Source of the DNA: Octopus bimaculoides
Lineage: Eukaryota
Assembly: GCF_001194135.2 (NCBI RefSeq)
Contig: NC_068986.1
Span: forward strand, 105,825,730 to 105,889,675
DNA length: 63,946 nucleotides
Direction: 5' to 3'
The notes beneath the pieces are model-generated. The model saw only the letters and a program-made list of their open reading frames with translations, was not told where the DNA came from and ran no database searches. Of the stretch, positions 60,401-63,946 are shown piece by piece (positions within the stretch are counted from its first letter, which is position 1; the number at the start of each line of letters is the position of its first letter). The position numbers and the translations under genes are program-made.

Positions 60401-61983
60401 ATGGTTTGACCAGAGCTGGTGAGCTGAGGGGCTGCACCAGACTCCTGTCTGATTTGGCATGGTTTCTACAGCTGGATGCCCTTCCTAACGCCAACCACTC
60501 TGAAAGTGTAACCTGTGTTTCTATTAATTGTATCCGTATCATATTGAATATATGACAGAAAGAAGAAAGCCTAATATGACACAAGCAGTGACAGTTACTT
60601 ACAGGAAGTTTCCTTTCGTTTTGACAACATTTGGTGCTGAGCTTCATCAAGAAGGTCTTTTAGGAAAATAACTTTACCCATTCTTGTATTCATGCCTATA
60701 ATTCGACCAAATCCAATATGGAAATCACTTCCGAGACTGCAATGAAGAGGAAAATAGGACTATGATTAAAAAAAAAATATAAGAAAAACATGATGTTTAT
60801 TTTCAATCTCACCCTAATATTTTTGATCTGCAAAAAAAATGGCCAATTAATAGATTTGTATGAAAGTGCTTCCCAACACAATGCAACTTGTGGGCCACAG
60901 ACATTCTATCAACTCACCCTGCATTTCTTATCGTTACTATGAGTACAGGTATGGCTGTGTGGTATGATATTTATTTCCCAGCCACATGTTTTGGGGTTCA
61001 GTCCCACTGCATGGTACCTTGGTCATATTTCTCCTACTATAACTCTGGAATTACAAAAGGCTTGTGAGTGGATTTGGTAGACGGAAACTGAAAAAAGCCC
61101 ATTGTGTGTGTGTGTTTGTGCATGTCATATATGTTACCGTCTCCTTGTGTTGACGTTGTGTGGTATTAGTAAATGAATGTCACCTTTATGGTCTTTTTGT
61201 TGTTTTTATGAGTGGAAATATTAACATTCTTTCCAAATTTGTGGCCAGCAAAGGCAGTGAATTTCAACAGAAATATGGTAATGAAAGGGTTAAAATAACG
61301 GTCAATGATTTAGAAAGAGATTCTTAATAGAAAGAATTTCATTTGGATAATATTCCTCAGAAAATCTTCTAATAAATAATTTGGAATATTTGCAGCCTGG
61401 TACTTTAATGCAGAAATTATTTGTAAGACCCTCAAATGGTTGCATAAACAATCCTTTAGCCTTAAATGGAAGTTATCTTGTTAGGAAATATATCAAATTA
61501 AGAAAAACTCACCTGGTAACCCAATCTTCTCCAATTGTCTTCAAAACTGCCTGAAGGTTTTGGAAATGTTGCTTCTGTCGATTGTCAACCTTTCAGAATC
61601 AAAATAATAATAGTAAAGCTCTTGATATTTTTAGCATTATTATTAATGTTTAAATAAGGTAGTGGACTGTCAGAATTGTTAGAACAGTGGGAACAATTTA
61701 CCAAGGTCTTTATATTCTAAATTTAAGCCCCTTTTCATTTATCTTTACTTTCCATTCCTCCTGGAGTAAACAAAATAAAGTACCAATCAAGTACTGGAAT
61801 CAATTGTACCAATAAACCTAGCCCTCCCAAGCTGTTGCAGTGTGTATTCAACGATTTCCTTGGAAATCAAGAAAACACCACAAAAAAAAAAGAAAAGAAA
61901 ATGAAATAAAAACAAAACTTACCACATAGTGTATTTTGTTAAAATTATATTCCTTCTTCCTGTGTAGGGCAGCAGCAACATCA
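54375..61983 (-). CDS. RARS2: Mitochondrial arginyl-tRNA synthetase, C-terminal 8 exons (5' part lies beyond the window): join of 61923-61983, 61513-61589, 60603-60736, 59954-60131, 58610-58705, 56929-57003, 56431-56494, 54375-54461
   Basis: Phase-consistent GT-AG chain encoding DVAAALHR..YNFNKIHYV / VDNRQKQHF / FGRIIGMNTRMG (KMSKS-equivalent) / DSGVFLQYAHARL / YDEVI..EPFHVVQYL / ARLLLF..GLRLIGVQPLQCM*. Confidence 0.95.
54489..54849. repeat. Minisatellite, about 12 copies of a 30-32 bp unit (taagctggtgtttggaggtaactaaaataat)
   Basis: Directly visible tandem array in the last RARS2 intron. Confidence 0.93.
55288..55700 (+). mobile_element. SINE family B, full length
   Basis: Matches other family B copies. 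Confidence 0.9.
56010..56390 (-). mobile_element. SINE family B, full length, inverted relative to 55288-55700
   Basis: Reverse complement of family B. Confidence 0.9.
56431..56494 (-). CDS. RARS2: RARS2 exon (HLSNQSLHSLVVKGQVQDIAQ)
   Basis: ttttttcag acceptor, gtcagt donor. Confidence 0.9.
56763..56810 (+). ncRNA. Minimal hammerhead ribozyme-like motif, family 1, within a Penelope-type repeat (about 56728-56890)
   Basis: CUGAUGA-A-GGCUG(10)CAGCU-GAAAC with an intact core; helix I and III are damaged. Confidence 0.6.
56929..57003 (-). CDS. RARS2: RARS2 exon (YDEVILNSFLSFEPFHVVQYLFQL)
   Basis: ttattttag acceptor, gtgagt donor. Confidence 0.92.
57264..57561. repeat. Foldback structure: 29 bp inverted arms enclosing tandem ~23 bp units, partly inverted
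   Basis: 57264-57292 vs 57533-57561 differ by one mismatch; inner unit gtgccacataaaagcacccatg. Confidence 0.85.
57985..58220. mobile_element. hAT-like MITE
   Basis: Ends caagtggttgtcaacc ... ggttgagaaacactg; TSD poorly preserved. Confidence 0.45.
58610..58705 (-). CDS. RARS2: RARS2 exon (LKQNCAIPLTHSVDAALLKDPAALRLVLHIS)
   Basis: ttttaatag acceptor, gtaag donor, phase 2 to 2. Confidence 0.9.
58871..59103. mobile_element. Tc1/mariner MITE
   Basis: About 33 bp TIRs caaggttggccaaaattcacccgacagtaaatc / gatttactgtaaggtgacttttggccaacactg; TA on both flanks. Confidence 0.8.
59534..59571 (+). ncRNA. Minimal hammerhead ribozyme-like motif, family 2, degenerate
   Basis: UCUUU-CUGUAGA-A-GAGC(AUAG)GCUC-AAAAC-AUU-AAAGA; same architecture as 51880-51916 with CpG-type decay. 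Confidence 0.5.
59954..60131 (-). CDS. RARS2: RARS2 exon (SKDVADEMAVADTLGISSILVQDLKERRNFDYTFSWKKCLNFKADSGVFLQYAHARLC)
   Basis: ttttcatag acceptor, gtttgt donor; GVFLQYAHARL anticodon-domain motif. Confidence 0.96.
60603..60736 (-). CDS. RARS2: RARS2 exon (LGSDFHIGFGRIIGMNTRMGKVIFLKDLLDEAQHQMLSKRKETS)
   Basis: cattgcag acceptor, gtaagt donor; GM-TR-G class I signature loop. Confidence 0.93.
61513..61589 (-). CDS. RARS2: RARS2 exon (VDNRQKQHFQNLQAVLKTIGEDWVT)
   Basis: ctgaaag acceptor, gtgagt donor; YV-D-Q-HF motif of ArgRS. Confidence 0.92.
61923..61983 (-). CDS. RARS2: RARS2 exon (DVAAALHRKKEYNFNKIHYV)
   Basis: cccctctag acceptor, gtaagt donor on the - strand. Confidence 0.92.
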
Positions 61984-62271
61984 CTAGAGGGGAATAATGT
62001 AGAATAATTAGAACTAATTATTGTCATCATTAACACCTATTTTCCAGTGTCTGCTTTGGCATGGCTTCTATGACTGAATGCCATTTACAACCACTTTATA
62101 ATGTGTACTGGGTACTTTTTATGGATACCAGCATGACACTAAACACTCTCATGATTACCATTACCAACACCACATCTCTTTTAATTGCTATTCTCTACTC
62201 TTCTCCTTGTACCTATAGTAGAAAGGATTATCATTATTATAATTATTGTTGTTGTTGTTGTTATCATTATT

Positions 62272-62463
62272 AGGCGGGGGGTGAGCTGGCAGAATTGTTA
62301 GCACGTCGAGTGAAATGCTTAGTGGCATTTCATCTGTCTTTACGTTCTGAGTTCAAATTTTGCCGAGGTAGACTTTGCCTTTCATCCTTTCAGGGTCGAT
62401 GTAATCGACTTGTCACCTTCCCAAATTTCAGGCCTTGTGCCTATAGTCAAAAGGATTATTATT

Positions 62464-62495
<32 letters not shown>

Positions 62496-62720
62496 GGCAG
62501 TGAGCTGGTAGATTTGTTAACAGGCTGATCGAAATGCTTAGCAGTATTTTGGCTGCCACTACATTCTGAGTTCAAATTCTGCTGAGGACAACTTTGCCTC
62601 TCATCCTTTTGGATTTGAAGAAATAAGTACCAGTAATGCACTGGAGTCGATGTAACCAACTAGCCCCCCTCCCCTCAAAATTTTCAAGGCTCTGTGTCTA
62701 GAGTAGAAATGGTTATTATG
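62272..62720 (+). mobile_element. SINE family A, two tandem copies separated by (ATT)n
   Basis: Two head plus central block units. Confidence 0.82.
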
Positions 62721-63529
62721 ATTGCCAACCTTAAATATTTTCTTAGACATATTTCTAAGTTGCTATGCATTTGCTGGATAAGTGAAGACCTCTTCCTGAC
62801 AGTCTGGTGTTCTTGGAGAGTAATTTTGGTGAGGTGGTGCCAATTGTTCTAAGGTTTGTATGTGTGTGTTTGTGTGAAAGAGAGAGACGAAGTAAGGATT
62901 AAAAAATGAGTATGCAAATATAGACGCATAAGTTTGGCGTTAGGAAGGGCATCCAGCTGTAGAAACTCTGCCAAATTAGATTGGAGCCTGGTGTTGCNNN
63001 NNNNNNNTGATGATGAAGTATATATGGAAAAGAAAAGGAGAGATAGGAAGACAGATAGAAAAACAAAGAGAAGAGAGAGAGAGAGAGAGGTTATATCATC
63101 ATCACCACCATCGTCGTCGTCATAGTCATCATCATCATCATCATCAGTTTCAATGTCCACTTTTCCATGTGTGCATGGGGCAGATGGAATGAACAAGAGA
63201 GATGATTGTTCTATGGCTGGATGCCCTTCCTGTCACCAACCCATACCTGAATCCCAGCAAGGGAATATTTACCCCAAGGACAGATATGTTTCCACAGAAG
63301 ATTGGAAGCGATTGACACTGCCTGTACGACAGTGATCTATCATGTGTCACTATAAGGAGACATAAACATAAACATATACACTCATAGAACAGGCTTCTTT
63401 CAGTTTCCATTGACCACATTCACTCACAAGGCTCTGGGTGGTCATAAACTGTTGCTGAAAACATTTGCTCATGGCGTCTCACAGTGGAACTGAACCTGAA
63501 GCCATTTGGTTGCAAAGCAAAATTCTTAA

Positions 63530-63800
63530 CCAGAGAGAGAGAGGGGAGAGGGAGAGAGAGAGGGAGACAGAGAGATAGAGAGACAAAGAGAGAGAGAGAA
63601 ACAGGGAGAGGAGACAGAGAGAGAGAAGGGAGTGAGATAGATAGTGAGAAAGGGATAGAGAGAGACAGAGAGGGATAGAGGCAGACAGGGATAGAGAGAG
63701 AGAGAGAGAGAGAAAGAGAGGGAGACAGAGAGAGGGATAGAGAAAGTGAGACAAAGTGGGATAAACAGATAGAGGGAGACAGAGAGAGACAGAGAGATAG
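63530..63800. repeat. (AG)n-rich compound microsatellite
   Basis: Directly visible. Confidence 0.9.
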
Positions 63801-63946
63801 ATACATTTCTTTTATTAGCCACACAGGGCTCAACAAAGATGGGACAAATACAATGTAGAGCTTTTCTTTTGGGGAGGGGGAAGGGAAAAAAAAGGGGGTG
63901 TGTCGATCAAAAGAGATCGTAGGAAGGGAAAAAGGGGGGAGTTCGA

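Overview
Eukaryotic genomic DNA: AT-rich, microsatellite- and SINE-dense, with N gaps. The repeat landscape looks cephalopod, most likely Octopus; that is inferred from pattern recognition, not a database search. Three genes can be read. (1) A complete 16-coding-exon YEATS2 on the + strand (ATG 12674, stop 41411, 4740 nt CDS, 1579 aa). All junctions are GT-AG and phase-consistent, and one exon is a 2.9 kb S/T/P-rich block. (2) A single-coding-exon, 135 aa TIR-domain-only gene (+, 52607-53014) that lacks the BB-loop proline and the glutamate needed for TIR NADase activity. (3) The last 8 exons of mitochondrial arginyl-tRNA synthetase RARS2 (- strand, 61983 to 54375). There is weak evidence for a further small multi-exon gene on the - strand at about 3.5-8.6 kb. 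The rest is transposon-derived: three tRNA-headed SINE families, a decayed RTE LINE with a PHD-like C4HC3 finger inside its RT ORF, about 20 3'-UTR fragments of that LINE, and Tc1/mariner, Tigger-like and hAT MITEs. The most interesting unexplained signals are the degenerate TIR-only protein with a kappaB/octamer/CCAAT cluster upstream, four minimal hammerhead-ribozyme motifs in two families (all antisense to their host transcripts; one family shares a non-canonical CUGU(U/A)GA core), and several perfect or near-perfect intronic hairpins next to exons.
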